64,000 nucleotides of DNA from an uncultured Planctomycetales bacterium (GCA_964596165.1 CAZQTW010000014.1:19219-83218); one strand, 5' to 3'; numbered from the stretch's first letter, positions 48,390-58,214 are shown. Numbers and translations are program-made. The notes: generated from the letters alone by a model not told the origin.

Positions 48390-48836
48390 ATGATGACGGT
48401 TCCGCCAATCGGACAGATTCTGCTCGAAATGGGCGTGCTGTCAAACAAGGACATCGAGGAAATCCTCGATCAGCAGGAGCGAACCGGCAGGAAGTTCGGC
48501 CAAATTGCCCTGGCGTGGGGGTTGGCCACTCCTGAACAGATCTGGGAAGCTTGGTCCAAGCAACTGGCGGAACAGCACCATCATGTCGACCTTGATGAGG
48601 TAGGCATCGATACCAATGCCATCAACCGGGTGAGCAGTGTGCTGGCCAGGTTCTACCACATCGTCCCCTTGAGGTTGTGGGGCGACAATCTGGTTGTGGC
48701 CACACCCAACAATGCCGACCATGGGGACCTGAGCGATTTACCCGTGTTACTTGGCTGCAACGTTCACCAGGTCTTTTGTGAGCCTAAACAGGTGGACGAG
48801 TATCTGGACCGAGTCTACGGTCGTGTGGCTGCCTAG
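48390..48836 (+). CDS. Stand-alone T2SSE_N / MshEN-like domain protein (no ATPase domain)
   Basis: Tandem 24-residue motifs PIGQILLEMGVLSNKDIEEILDQQ, spacer ERTGR, then KFGQIALAWGLATPEQIWEAWSKQ. These are followed by a GspE-N-type segment (ARFYHIVPLRLWGDNLVVATPNNADHGDLSDLPVLLGCNVHQVFCEPKQVDEYL). Confidence 0.7.
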   Translation: MMTVPPIGQILLEMGVLSNKDIEEILDQQERTGRKFGQIALAWGLATPEQIWEAWSKQLAEQHHHVDLDEVGIDTNAINRVSSVLARFYHIVPLRLWGDNLVVATPNNADHGDLSDLPVLLGCNVHQVFCEPKQVDEYLDRVYGRVAA

Positions 48837-49003
48837 CGGACAACGAGGAATGCCACGATGCATTCCTTGGGGCCAGCCGACGTTCTCTGAAACGGGGGTC
48901 ATCCGAGGCAATCGGGCGGCTCTCGTCCTTTTTTGCTGCGGCATCGGGTAGAATCCATTCGCACGATCGTCCATCCACAGAGACTGACCGTGCGAGGGAG
49001 CAC

Positions 49004-49756
49004 ATGTCCTTGGTGAAGGACGAGGCCGTGGCGATTCGCCGATTGGACTACAGCGAGACCTCGCAGGTCCTTGTTTTCTTCACACGTGAGAACGGGAAGC
49101 AGAGGCTGCTTGCCAAAGGCGTGAGGCGCGGCACCAAGACTCGATTCGCCGTCGGCATTGATCTACTGGAGAAGGGGCAAGTGGTGTTCTCCCGCAAGGA
49201 TGAAGGGGAGGGGCGGCTTGGTCTCCTTACCGAATGGCACCAGGAGGATGTCTTCGCCGCGCTGAGAAACGAACTGGGATGGATGTTTGCGGCGCAATAT
49301 GCAGCCGAACTTGTCGATGCGGGCACCGAAGACAATGACCCGGCGGTTCGGATCTACGATGCCTTGGTCAGGCTATTGTCGGTTCTTCCCCAAGAGGGTC
49401 TGTCGGCATTGGTCCGGTTCCAGCGGGTCGTATTGGAGGAGATCGGTCTGATGCCGGATCTGACGCGGTGCGTCATGTGCGGGCGACGATGGTCCGGCAA
49501 GACGGAGCCATGGTTCTCGGCGCGACAGGGGGGACTAATCTGTCGCGACTGCGAACCCCCTCTTGTCGAGAAGCGTCGGATTCATCCGGCGGCTGCCCTC
49601 GCCGTGACAAGCGATGGGGTTACCGCCGAACTCGTGCCGGAGGCGTTTGAACTGCTCGACTATCACCTGACCGAGTCGCTCGGTCGCGAACTGCGCATGT
49701 CCGGACACCTGCGCGCCGTGATGGTGGGTGTGCCGCATACGGGCGAGGTGCCCTGA
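49004..49756 (+). CDS. recO: DNA repair protein RecO
   Basis: N-terminal OB region (DEAVAIRRLDYSETSQVLVFFTRENGKQRLLAKGVRR) and Cys4 zinc motif (CVMCGRRW...CRDC). Confidence 0.88.
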   Translation: MSLVKDEAVAIRRLDYSETSQVLVFFTRENGKQRLLAKGVRRGTKTRFAVGIDLLEKGQVVFSRKDEGEGRLGLLTEWHQEDVFAALRNELGWMFAAQYAAELVDAGTEDNDPAVRIYDALVRLLSVLPQEGLSALVRFQRVVLEEIGLMPDLTRCVMCGRRWSGKTEPWFSARQGGLICRDCEPPLVEKRRIHPAAALAVTSDGVTAELVPEAFELLDYHLTESLGRELRMSGHLRAVMVGVPHTGEVP

Positions 49757-49874
49757 GGGGGGCACCTCGTTCGTCTCGCCAAACTCTCACTAGGCCCTTG
49801 CCCGCATACGCACCCGTGTTTACCATACGCACACCTTTGGCATGATACTGAGTTCGTGAAAGGAGACGGTCGCC

Positions 49875-51062
49875 ATGGCGAAGATGTGCAATGTCGCGTT
49901 GATTGGACAAGGCTTCATGGGGCGGACCCACAGTAATGCCTATCTGAAGGTCGGCAAGTTCTTCAAGGATCTGCCCAGATACCCGGTGATGCACACGAGT
50001 TTCGGAATCAAGGGGGTTGATGATCCGAAGTTCGCGGCTCGATGGGGCTGGCAGCATTTCTCGGAAGACTGGAGGAAGGTCATCCGAAGTAAGGACGTCG
50101 ACTTCGTCGACATCGTGACGCCAAACTACATGCACATGCCGGTGGCGATTGCGGCGATGAAGGCGGGCAAACCGGTGGCGACCGAAAAGCCGATCGCCGG
50201 CACGCTCAAGGACGCCCGTATGATGGCGGAACTGGCCCGCAAGACGAAGGTCAAGACGTTCGTCTGGTACAACTACCGCCGCGTCCCCGCCGTGGCGCTG
50301 GCCCACCAACTCGTCAGAGAGGGCAAGATCGGCCGCATTTTCCACGTGCGATGTATCTATTTGCAGGACTGGGGCGGCCCGGAGACGCCGCTCCTTTGGC
50401 GGTTCCAGAAGAAGCTCACGGGCAGCGGCGCCCACGGCGACCTGAACGCCCACATCATCGATATGGCCCGCTTCGTCACCGGTGATGAGATTATCGAGGT
50501 CACGGGCGCGATTGCCGAGACGTTCATCAAGTATCGGACGATTCCGACGCAGGGCTCAGCCGGCGGGATAGCGGCCGGCGCGAAGGGCAGCGCGAAAAAG
50601 GGGAAGGTCGATGTCGACGACGCCGTCCTCTTCCTGGCGAAATTCAAGAAGGGCGCCGTGGCCAGCTTCGAATCCACCCGCTTGGCGATGGGCTATATGA
50701 ACCAGAACGGCATCGAGGTCCACGGCGAGCTCGGCTCGCTGCGCTTCCGCTTCGAGGATATGAACTACCTCGATTTTTGCGACAACACCGTCAGCAAGCG
50801 GATGCGCGGCTGGACGAGGATCATGTGTACGTCCGGCGGAAACCATCCCTACGTGGACGCTTGGTGGCCCGACGCCCATATCCTGGGATACGAGCATTCC
50901 TTCGTGAACCAGGCGGCCGACATCATGCGGGTATTGGGCGGTCAGAAACCGGTCGTTCCGATTGCCGATTTCGCCGACGCTTACGAGACCCAGCGTGTTC
51001 TCGAAGCCGCCCTGATCTCCGCCAAGGCCCGCAAGGCCGTCAAGATCGCCGACGTGAAATAG
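49875..51062 (+). CDS. Gfo/Idh/MocA family oxidoreductase (cytoplasmic)
   Basis: VALIGQGFMGRTHSNAY Rossmann start, VDIVTPNYMH and EKPIAGTLKDA. RBS AAAGGAG. Confidence 0.9.
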   Translation: MAKMCNVALIGQGFMGRTHSNAYLKVGKFFKDLPRYPVMHTSFGIKGVDDPKFAARWGWQHFSEDWRKVIRSKDVDFVDIVTPNYMHMPVAIAAMKAGKPVATEKPIAGTLKDARMMAELARKTKVKTFVWYNYRRVPAVALAHQLVREGKIGRIFHVRCIYLQDWGGPETPLLWRFQKKLTGSGAHGDLNAHIIDMARFVTGDEIIEVTGAIAETFIKYRTIPTQGSAGGIAAGAKGSAKKGKVDVDDAVLFLAKFKKGAVASFESTRLAMGYMNQNGIEVHGELGSLRFRFEDMNYLDFCDNTVSKRMRGWTRIMCTSGGNHPYVDAWWPDAHILGYEHSFVNQAADIMRVLGGQKPVVPIADFADAYETQRVLEAALISAKARKAVKIADVK

Positions 51063-51092
51063 CATCGCGCCCGGGCACGACAACGCATACCG

Positions 51093-51127
51093 GGGTGACA
51101 CGGTCGTTCGATCCGGCCGTGTCACCC
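51093..51127 (+). terminator. Candidate intrinsic terminator after the oxidoreductase gene
   Basis: Perfect 11-bp stem GGGTGACACGG (51093-51103) with CCGTGTCACCC (51117-51127), 13-nt loop, followed by TCTTCGCTT. Confidence 0.5.
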
Positions 51128-51168
51128 TCTTCGCTTATGGTAGCGGTGGCACATGCGGAGTGTGATTC

Positions 51169-51717
51169 ATGTCACTGTACACCCGAACCGGCGATGCCGG
51201 CCGGACCGACCTCGCGAACGGCATGAGAGTCGACAAGGATGATCCTCGTCCGGAGGCGTACGGAACACTGGACGAATTGGACTCGCATCTCGGTTTGGCT
51301 CGCTGCATCTGCAAGGACGAGGAATTGAGGTCCCGACTGGCGACGATTCAGCGGGATCTCTTCATTCTGGGGTCTGAGTTGGCCATGGGAGTCGTGGCGC
51401 CGGATCAGCCTCACTCGGCGGCAACACAAGATGCGATCCGTCGGTTGGAGCAGTGGATCGACCAGTCCTGCGCCGCTGTGCCGACGCTTTCTCACTTCAT
51501 CTTGCCGGGAGGAGTCGAGCTGGCTTGTCGACTTCATGTTGCCAGAACCGTCTGTCGTAGGGCGGAGCGACGGATCGTGACCCTTTCGAAGGTCGTTCCG
51601 GTTTCCGATCACACGAAGCAGTACATCAACCGGCTGTCGGATCTCCTATTCGCCTGGGCACGACAGGTGAATCATGTCTCGGGTCAAGACGACGTCGAGG
51701 TGGACATCAATCGTTAG
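51169..51717 (+). CDS. ATP:cob(I)alamin adenosyltransferase, PduO type
   Basis: YTRTGDAGRTDL..G.RV.KDD.R.EAYGTLDELDSHLG, RIQRDLF-type IQRDLFILGSELA, FILPGG....LHVARTVCRRAER. Confidence 0.9.
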   Translation: MSLYTRTGDAGRTDLANGMRVDKDDPRPEAYGTLDELDSHLGLARCICKDEELRSRLATIQRDLFILGSELAMGVVAPDQPHSAATQDAIRRLEQWIDQSCAAVPTLSHFILPGGVELACRLHVARTVCRRAERRIVTLSKVVPVSDHTKQYINRLSDLLFAWARQVNHVSGQDDVEVDINR

Positions 51718-51837
51718 TATCCCGCGGACTTTTGCCCACTTGTTCCGATGTTTCCGCAAGCGAGCCGTTCTGCGGTTCACTACACGTCGTTCCATTTCGG
51801 GGTTGGACACGGGCCGCCATGGGACGTGCATTCGGCT

Positions 51838-52512
51838 CTATTCGTGCTCTCCAGCCTGGTCCGTGCCGGTCTTGATGGGGGGGGTTGAACGGGATTGGGC
51901 AATCCAAGTCTCTTCCAGGCGACGCTGATTGGCGAATTCCTGTTCGGTCATCCACTTCGCCTGAAAACTCACTTGAAACGCCCTTCGTCTGCAAAGCACA
52001 ACTGTCCGACCGTTCTGTCCCAGGGCAAGCGTGATGGGGGAGCGGGACGCGACAATCACAACGGCTTCGTTCCCTTGTCGGACCAGATCGAGTCGCGGAG
52101 CATCGGCGTACTCATACATTTCTTCGACGTTCTGTAACCGATCGCCAATCGCCATCTTGAGAGTGGGGGGGAAGCCGTAATGCATGTTAACCCAGTTCTC
52201 AAAGGCCTTGGCCACCACAGAGATCTCTTGGATTGCGGAATCACGTGCTATCTGATCGCGCCGAAGCATCACGGCGAGAAGAAGAAGTACGACGGAGGCG
52301 GCTAAGATCGAGAGTACTCGCCAAACGTGCCTTTGTCGATTCACAAGGCGAGCCACTTCCAGTCGTTCTCGCGCGCTCGTTGCGGCCGACCTATCCTCCG
52401 CAGAGGCGTCTGTTGGGAGCGGCTTGCCGGGATCGTCGAGGTCCATAAGCAGAGGATAACATGTTCGTCCGATCGTTGGCAATCCGTCATTCGCAAGATC
52501 AGCCGTTCTCAT
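51838..52512 (-). CDS. Hypothetical membrane-anchored protein
   Basis: 224-codon ORF with one TM helix (WRVLSILAASVVLLLLAVML) and a soluble C-terminal domain. No recognised motif. The start is uncertain (an internal ATG giving MDLDDPGK is possible). Confidence 0.5.
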   Translation of the reverse strand: MRTADLANDGLPTIGRTCYPLLMDLDDPGKPLPTDASAEDRSAATSARERLEVARLVNRQRHVWRVLSILAASVVLLLLAVMLRRDQIARDSAIQEISVVAKAFENWVNMHYGFPPTLKMAIGDRLQNVEEMYEYADAPRLDLVRQGNEAVVIVASRSPITLALGQNGRTVVLCRRRAFQVSFQAKWMTEQEFANQRRLEETWIAQSRSTPPIKTGTDQAGEHE

Positions 52513-52677
52513 CGCATGAGTGCAAGCATAGTCGAATCGGGTGGGATCCCCGCAAGTGGCCCCGCGGAGCGGGCAAACAGATCGGGATCTCGCTATACTC
52601 AGTGGGAACCGGCGGTTCGGCGTCCTCGCATACGGTCTCGTCGAGAGCCGCCCTCGTCGGTATTAAGGAGCTCGACT

Positions 52678-53724
52678 TTGTTGGCAGCGATGTGGTTGGG
52701 CGGTCGGCGCGTCGAAATGCAGGATGTCCCAACGCCACAACCCGGACCGGATGAACTTCTGATTCGGGTCAAAGCGGTTTCGCTGTGCGGCAGCGACCTG
52801 GATGTGGAGACCTTTGGCGGCAGGCCACCGATGATCCTGGGCCACGAACCGGCCGGTGAAGTGGCTGACGTAGGCCCCACGACTTGCCCAGGCAACACGT
52901 TGGCGTCGCCGCCGCGTCCGTTTCGTGTGGGCGATCGTGTGGCACTGGACCCCGTGCAGCCCTGCTGGCGTTGTAGCGTTTGTCACGGCGGGCTGCACCA
53001 TCTCTGTCCGAACGTGCGGCATCTGGGCACTCACGGCGTTCCGGGTGCGTTTGCCGAGTACGTTGTCATCCACCGTATGAACGCACATCATCTTCCGGAA
53101 GGCGTCAATTTCGAAGAGGCCGCCTTGAGCGAACCCGGCGCTGTGTGTCTGGAAGGAATACATCGGGCACGATTGGTGGCCGGAGAAGACGTCCTGGTTA
53201 TCGGTGATGGTCCGTTCGGGTTCATCTTTGCTCAACTGGCGCGCTCCGCGGGCGCAAGCCGAATCATGGTCGCCGGACATTATCCGAAGCGATTGGAGAC
53301 CATTGCGGCGGCCACGGGGGCCACTGCGGTGAACACCCATTCCGAGGACCTCGTTCGTGCCGTTCTCCAGACGACCGAAGGACAGGGCGTACATGTGGTC
53401 TTCCAGGCCACCGCGGCGCCCGACGCCATAACCCTCGGATTGCACTGCCTGCGACCGCGGGGCCGACACGTGGTTTTCAGCTATGTGCACGGACAACCCG
53501 CCGTGGACATGGCCGCCGTCCTGATGAGAGAGCTTGAGATCCTAGGCTCGGTTCGCTCGCATGATACGTTTCCGATGGTGCATCGACTGGTCTGCGCGGG
53601 TCAACTCGACCTTCGCGCAGTGATCTCTCATATCATGCCTCTGGGACGACTGGCCGAGGCCATGGACCTGATCACTCAGCGAAAATCCGATGTGTTCAAG
53701 ATCGTGTTGATACCTGCTTCCTGA
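52678..53724 (+). CDS. Zinc-dependent alcohol/polyol dehydrogenase (MDR family)
   Basis: VKAVSLCGSDL, GHEPAGEV, structural-zinc Cys cluster CWRCSVCHGGLHHLC, and NAD fold VLVIGDGPFGF. TTG 52678 lies 7 nt after AAGGAG. The track ORF extends upstream to 52327. Confidence 0.85.
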   Translation: MLAAMWLGGRRVEMQDVPTPQPGPDELLIRVKAVSLCGSDLDVETFGGRPPMILGHEPAGEVADVGPTTCPGNTLASPPRPFRVGDRVALDPVQPCWRCSVCHGGLHHLCPNVRHLGTHGVPGAFAEYVVIHRMNAHHLPEGVNFEEAALSEPGAVCLEGIHRARLVAGEDVLVIGDGPFGFIFAQLARSAGASRIMVAGHYPKRLETIAAATGATAVNTHSEDLVRAVLQTTEGQGVHVVFQATAAPDAITLGLHCLRPRGRHVVFSYVHGQPAVDMAAVLMRELEILGSVRSHDTFPMVHRLVCAGQLDLRAVISHIMPLGRLAEAMDLITQRKSDVFKIVLIPAS

Positions 53725-53728
53725 TTCC

Positions 53729-56026
53729 CTACGGTGTTGGAGAGCGGCTTCCTTCAACAATCGCCTTGATCGACTCAAACTGATTGCGGAATAGTTCGGG
53801 TGTCATCCAGGACGCTCTGGCCGGGTTCAATGCGTAACAGCAAATCAACGGACAGCCACGGGAGGCGGCTACTTGCGCCTTGGCGCGATTCAGTTCGGGG
53901 TCGACGCCGTATTCCCTGCGTGCCGTTCCGTCGTAGGTCAGCGAGAAAAACGGCGCCACGGGCAGGCCGGTGTGAGTCAGGTTGTAGTCGATTGTGCCGG
54001 CGAGCCTAGCCACGGCGTTCGGGTCCGTGTCGTAATTCGCGAAATTGGCATAGTTCTGGATCGGTGTTCCAGGGTACGACTCGATCGGCAACCAAGGAGA
54101 AGGAACGTACCCTCGGCCGTCGCCACCCCATCCATAGCCCCCCGACCACCAGAATCGGGTGATGGCCTTCGGAGTACCGGGGGCGATGGAATGCCAAGCG
54201 GCGAGATCGGCCGCGTTGACCTGCCCATCATTGTTGAAATCGCCGATGGGATCGTTGCTCAACACGGCCTGTTGATAGACGGCCTCGTCTTGTACGTCTT
54301 CGACGCCATTGCGGTTCAGGTCGCCCACGGGTTCGGCTCCCAAACCGCGCAACAGAGCATGCACGATGTCGGCGCGAAGCTCGGCCAGCAGCCGATTATG
54401 TTCCGCAATGCTGCCGCACGCGCTGCAGTTGGAGTACAGCGTGTTGTAGACATAGTACTCCCCACACCGTCCGGCGACGTAAGCGGATTCATCATGGATC
54501 CAGACACCGGTGACCCGTTGTGCGGACAGCCCGGCTTCTCTCAGCCGAAGGCCGAGCGCGAAGAACCGAGCAATCTGACGGCGTGCCGCGTGCCTCCCCG
54601 GGCAGAACAGCCACAAGCTCGGCGTGGTCTCACCTTGGTTCACTGGGTTGAAGTAGGATTCATGCGGAGCAGGCGTGACGTGAAGGTAGTTGGGGTCAAG
54701 AGCCGAGATGCTCGCATAGGCGCCCTGTCCGCTGATGTCACCCAGTTCGAACCACACGGGAACACCCGAGTCCGCCAACTCGATTGCCAGGCGAACACCA
54801 GGCGACTCCGAGGTCACGCTTGCCCAGCCATTGACGTTGAACATTATTGTTCCACATACGCGAGCCAACTCGCGCATGATCTGCTCGCCTTGAGCCCCAA
54901 AGTCGGTGTTTCTCAAGAGGAGAATTCGCGGACCGCCCGCGTAGCTGGGGATCGATTGGAGAAGCGTTGCGGCATCTGCCAGCGTGAATGAGCCCGCGGT
55001 GAAGTCCTGGTTTGCCGCGTCGACGAGGACGGACCAGTAAGACCGAACCGGCGGAGCAAAGGCGTAGATCGTTTGGTCCGGCCCGATAGTGCCACTCCAG
55101 TGGAATGGCACCCGGAATTCATAATGGCCGTTTGAGTCGGTCCTTGTGCTGCCTCCACCGTTGTCCGCTACTACGAGAGTATCGGCCAAGGGGGTCCCCA
55201 AGGCATCACGAAGGAATCCCCCGATCCTTACCTGCCCGCCGGTGACCACGTAGTCCTGACCGATGACGTCGGTCGTCAGGTTTGAATAGGCGCGACTGGG
55301 CACGTCGCAGGTGTGCTGGTCCAGTCGGGGCACAACCGATCCCGACCAAGCGTATGGAACTTCCAAAATGTAGTCTCCCGAACTGTCCGCAGTGGTAGTC
55401 GCGCCACATCCGTTCGCGACGACAGGGATTCCGGGGATTCCATGACCTTGTGCGTCGCGGACTCTACCCGATATTCGCGGCAAGACGATCAGGACAGCCT
55501 CGGTCAATCCCGTGGCCTGCTCCGGACAGAGGATGGTTGCGGACCCGTCTTCGGGAAGCACGGTCAGGCTGACGACATATCTGCCGCCCACATCCAGAGC
55601 GCAACTTCTCTGGCGGTGCGTGGACAGAGGGCCCGAGTACTCCAGTCCGTTAAGACGCCAGGTATACCTTCCTTCCGGCAGGTTGGTCCCCGGCGCCGGG
55701 ACCGCCGTACCCGTGATGGTCACAGGCCGCGACGTTCCGGAGACACTCAGCGTGAACATGACCGGTGAGAGACCCGCCTGTCCGCCGTCGCCCGAGGTGT
55801 TGCCTTCATCGACGGGGTCAATAGAGGTGGGCTCATCACCGTAGTCGACGGTGCCGGCAACGTCGCTATCGGGGTTGTTGGGTAGGGGTGGCGATTGGGG
55901 CGGTGCACATCCTGCGGCGATGCCCAGCACGATGCAGGCGGTGGAAGCCACCTGCGCGCGGACACGGATCGATGCGTACCCAGTTTTTCGCTTTCGCAAG
56001 GTCAAGACAGACTCCTCATACGGCAT
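53729..56026 (-). CDS. Large lipoprotein: PKD-like domain, two CarboxypepD_reg-like domains, uncharacterised catalytic-looking domain with embedded dockerin-type repeats
   Basis: Lipobox LGIAAGC after MPYEESVLTLRKRKTGYASIRVRAQVASTACIV. ISGRVRDAQGHGIPGIPVVANG...SSGDYILEV and IGGFLRDALGTPLADTLVVADNGGGSTRTDSNGHYEFRV. Dockerin-like GDLNRNGVEDVQD...GDFNNDGQVNAADLAAW. Confidence 0.75.
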   Translation of the reverse strand: MPYEESVLTLRKRKTGYASIRVRAQVASTACIVLGIAAGCAPPQSPPLPNNPDSDVAGTVDYGDEPTSIDPVDEGNTSGDGGQAGLSPVMFTLSVSGTSRPVTITGTAVPAPGTNLPEGRYTWRLNGLEYSGPLSTHRQRSCALDVGGRYVVSLTVLPEDGSATILCPEQATGLTEAVLIVLPRISGRVRDAQGHGIPGIPVVANGCGATTTADSSGDYILEVPYAWSGSVVPRLDQHTCDVPSRAYSNLTTDVIGQDYVVTGGQVRIGGFLRDALGTPLADTLVVADNGGGSTRTDSNGHYEFRVPFHWSGTIGPDQTIYAFAPPVRSYWSVLVDAANQDFTAGSFTLADAATLLQSIPSYAGGPRILLLRNTDFGAQGEQIMRELARVCGTIMFNVNGWASVTSESPGVRLAIELADSGVPVWFELGDISGQGAYASISALDPNYLHVTPAPHESYFNPVNQGETTPSLWLFCPGRHAARRQIARFFALGLRLREAGLSAQRVTGVWIHDESAYVAGRCGEYYVYNTLYSNCSACGSIAEHNRLLAELRADIVHALLRGLGAEPVGDLNRNGVEDVQDEAVYQQAVLSNDPIGDFNNDGQVNAADLAAWHSIAPGTPKAITRFWWSGGYGWGGDGRGYVPSPWLPIESYPGTPIQNYANFANYDTDPNAVARLAGTIDYNLTHTGLPVAPFFSLTYDGTARREYGVDPELNRAKAQVAASRGCPLICCYALNPARASWMTPELFRNQFESIKAIVEGSRSPTP

Positions 56027-56251
56027 GCTCGCCGAAGCAAAAGGTACGATACACTGGTAGTATGGGCAATCTGGGCTAACAGCGGCAGCGGGCGCGTCCT
56101 CAGCCTGGTTCGCCCTTCCACAGATCACGGAGTCCGGATCAAAGCTCTAATCTATTTCCAAATAATAGGTTATGATGAATTTCCGTCACGGGTTCGCTCC
56201 TCTCACTTACCGGACGATTCTCGGAGCGCATGATTCACACTGAACGGGCTT

Positions 56252-57280
56252 TCAAGTGGGGGAATCGTTCCCTCCACACGCGGAGGGTGGCAGCGGGAGC
56301 CTCGGCCGCTGCACATGGCTGGGTATCTCAGAATCCCTAAAACCCAGGCCACGGGCGATGATGTAAGGCGGGCGATGCTTGGTCTCCTCATAGGTCCTTC
56401 CGACATACTGTCCGAGAAGCCAAACCGCCACCAACTGAAACCCGCCGACAAGCAGGATGACCGCCATCAGGCTGGCCCAGCCCGCCTGCACCCCGAATCG
56501 TTCCGGGGCGATCAATCTGGCCGCCACGACGAGCCCCAGATAGACGAGCGTACTCAGCGATATCAGTAACCCGAGAATCCCGACCATCGTCAGGGGTTTG
56601 CTCGACAGAGAGAAGACGGCATTGGCCAAGAGGCGAACCCGCTGACCGTAGCGGTAAGCCGGCCGGCCCGCGTGTCGTGTCGCTTCCTGATACGGCACCT
56701 GCCCGTGTCTGAACCCGAGCCACTGGACGAGTCCGCGGTCGAATCGAAACCGTTCGCGGAGTTGCCGCATGATCGTTACGACGCGGCGATCCAGGAGCCG
56801 GAAGTCCGCCGCGTTGGGCAGGATATCGACGTCACACAGTCGGGCAAGGAGACGATAGCTAAACCGCGACGAGGCGCGCTGAAACCAGCTTCCGCCACCG
56901 GTCTGGCGGACGGCATGGACTACGTCGTCACCTGCCTGCCAGCGGGCCAACAATTGCGGGATGATTTCCGGCGGGTGTTGCAGGTCGGCGTCCATCGTGA
57001 TGACCGCGTCGCCCGACGCTATGTCCAGACCGGCCATGATGGCGAGCTGGTGGCCGAAGTTTCGGCTCAGCTCGATGAGCTTGACGCGCGGGTCCGATGC
57101 GTGCAAGACCTCCACGTTGGCGGTCGTGTGGTCCGTGCTGCCGTCATTGACGAAAATGATCTCGTAGCGGGGGGTGATAGGATCGAGTACGCGACGGACG
57201 TGCTCGACGAGCGGGCGAACGTTGTCCTGTTCGTTGTAAGCGGGCACGACGACGGAGATGATCGGAGGCTCGTCCTGCAT
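56252..57280 (-). CDS. GT2 family polyprenyl-phosphate glycosyltransferase (GtrB/ArnC/DPM1-like) with C-terminal TM helices
   Basis: ISVVVPAYNEQDNV, EIIFVNDGSTDHT, VITMDADLQHPPE, then two TM helices (LTMVGILGLLISLSTLVYLGLVV and WASLMAVILLVGGFQLVAVWLLG). Confidence 0.9.
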   Translation of the reverse strand: MQDEPPIISVVVPAYNEQDNVRPLVEHVRRVLDPITPRYEIIFVNDGSTDHTTANVEVLHASDPRVKLIELSRNFGHQLAIMAGLDIASGDAVITMDADLQHPPEIIPQLLARWQAGDDVVHAVRQTGGGSWFQRASSRFSYRLLARLCDVDILPNAADFRLLDRRVVTIMRQLRERFRFDRGLVQWLGFRHGQVPYQEATRHAGRPAYRYGQRVRLLANAVFSLSSKPLTMVGILGLLISLSTLVYLGLVVAARLIAPERFGVQAGWASLMAVILLVGGFQLVAVWLLGQYVGRTYEETKHRPPYIIARGLGFRDSEIPSHVQRPRLPLPPSACGGNDSPT

Positions 57281-57287
57281 GTCCGGT

Positions 57288-58073
57288 TCAAACCTTGCCG
57301 GCCAGCAACGTATGATACTCGTCCAACTTCTGCTTCATGCCGTTGAGCAGAAGTCCGTGATCCGATCCCAGATTGAACAGACGTCCGCCTCGGTCGCAGT
57401 CGCGTTTCACCTGTTCCGGGCTGAGCGCGACGGTACCCCACCACTTCCCCGCCTTCTCGGCCGCAACGGCCACCTTCTCATAGACCTCCCGCATCCGCGG
57501 GTGATCGAACTGAAACGGGATGCCCATGGCGATGCTCAGGTCGCCCGGTCCGATGAACAGGACGTCGATGCCCTTCACGCCGATGATCTCGTCGAGGCGA
57601 TCGATGGCCTCGGGGTCCTCGATCTGGGCGACGATCAGCGTCTCGCGGTTGGCGTGCTCCAGATACTCCAGGATCGGCGCCATGGCGAAGTCGCCGTCGG
57701 AGCCCGCATTGTCGAACCCGCGCCGGCCGATCGGAGGATATCGCGTGTTGTACACCACCTGGAGCGCCTCCTCCCGGTTCTTGATGTGCGGGACCATGAG
57801 CGCCGCTGCTCCCGCTTCCAGCGGCCGGAAGAAGTTCGTATAGCTTCCCTTGCGGATCCGAACGAGGGCGTCGATGTCCGCCATCCTCGAAGCCAGAATC
57901 AGCATTTCCATTTCGGCGTCGGTGAAGTTCCGATGCTCCATGTCGATCCAGACGGCGTCGTAACCGTGCCGCCCGGCGAATTCGACGGCCTTCGGGTTGA
58001 AGCCACACGAGACACTGAACGAGAGAGCGGTCTTGCCCGCACGGAGCTTCTTCAGGAGCTTGCTGTCGCGCAT
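57288..58073 (-). CDS. HpcH/HpaI family 2-keto-3-deoxy-acid aldolase
   Basis: YDAVWIDMEH, ALVRIR, GAAALMVPH, YPPIGRRG, VAQIEDPEAI, DVLFIGPGDLS. ATG 58073 has RBS AAGGAA. Confidence 0.88.
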   Translation of the reverse strand: MRDSKLLKKLRAGKTALSFSVSCGFNPKAVEFAGRHGYDAVWIDMEHRNFTDAEMEMLILASRMADIDALVRIRKGSYTNFFRPLEAGAAALMVPHIKNREEALQVVYNTRYPPIGRRGFDNAGSDGDFAMAPILEYLEHANRETLIVAQIEDPEAIDRLDEIIGVKGIDVLFIGPGDLSIAMGIPFQFDHPRMREVYEKVAVAAEKAGKWWGTVALSPEQVKRDCDRGGRLFNLGSDHGLLLNGMKQKLDEYHTLLAGKV

Positions 58074-58214
58074 GTGTAGGTATTCCTTTCGTCGAGCGAG
58101 GATTATAACGTCCCTGCGGGCGTTGTGAACGTCCATAACCGAAAGGGTGTCTCCCTCCTTCGGAATGCGCGGCGGGTTCCTTGCCCGGAGTGCGGTCGAT
58201 CGAATGACGGCGTG

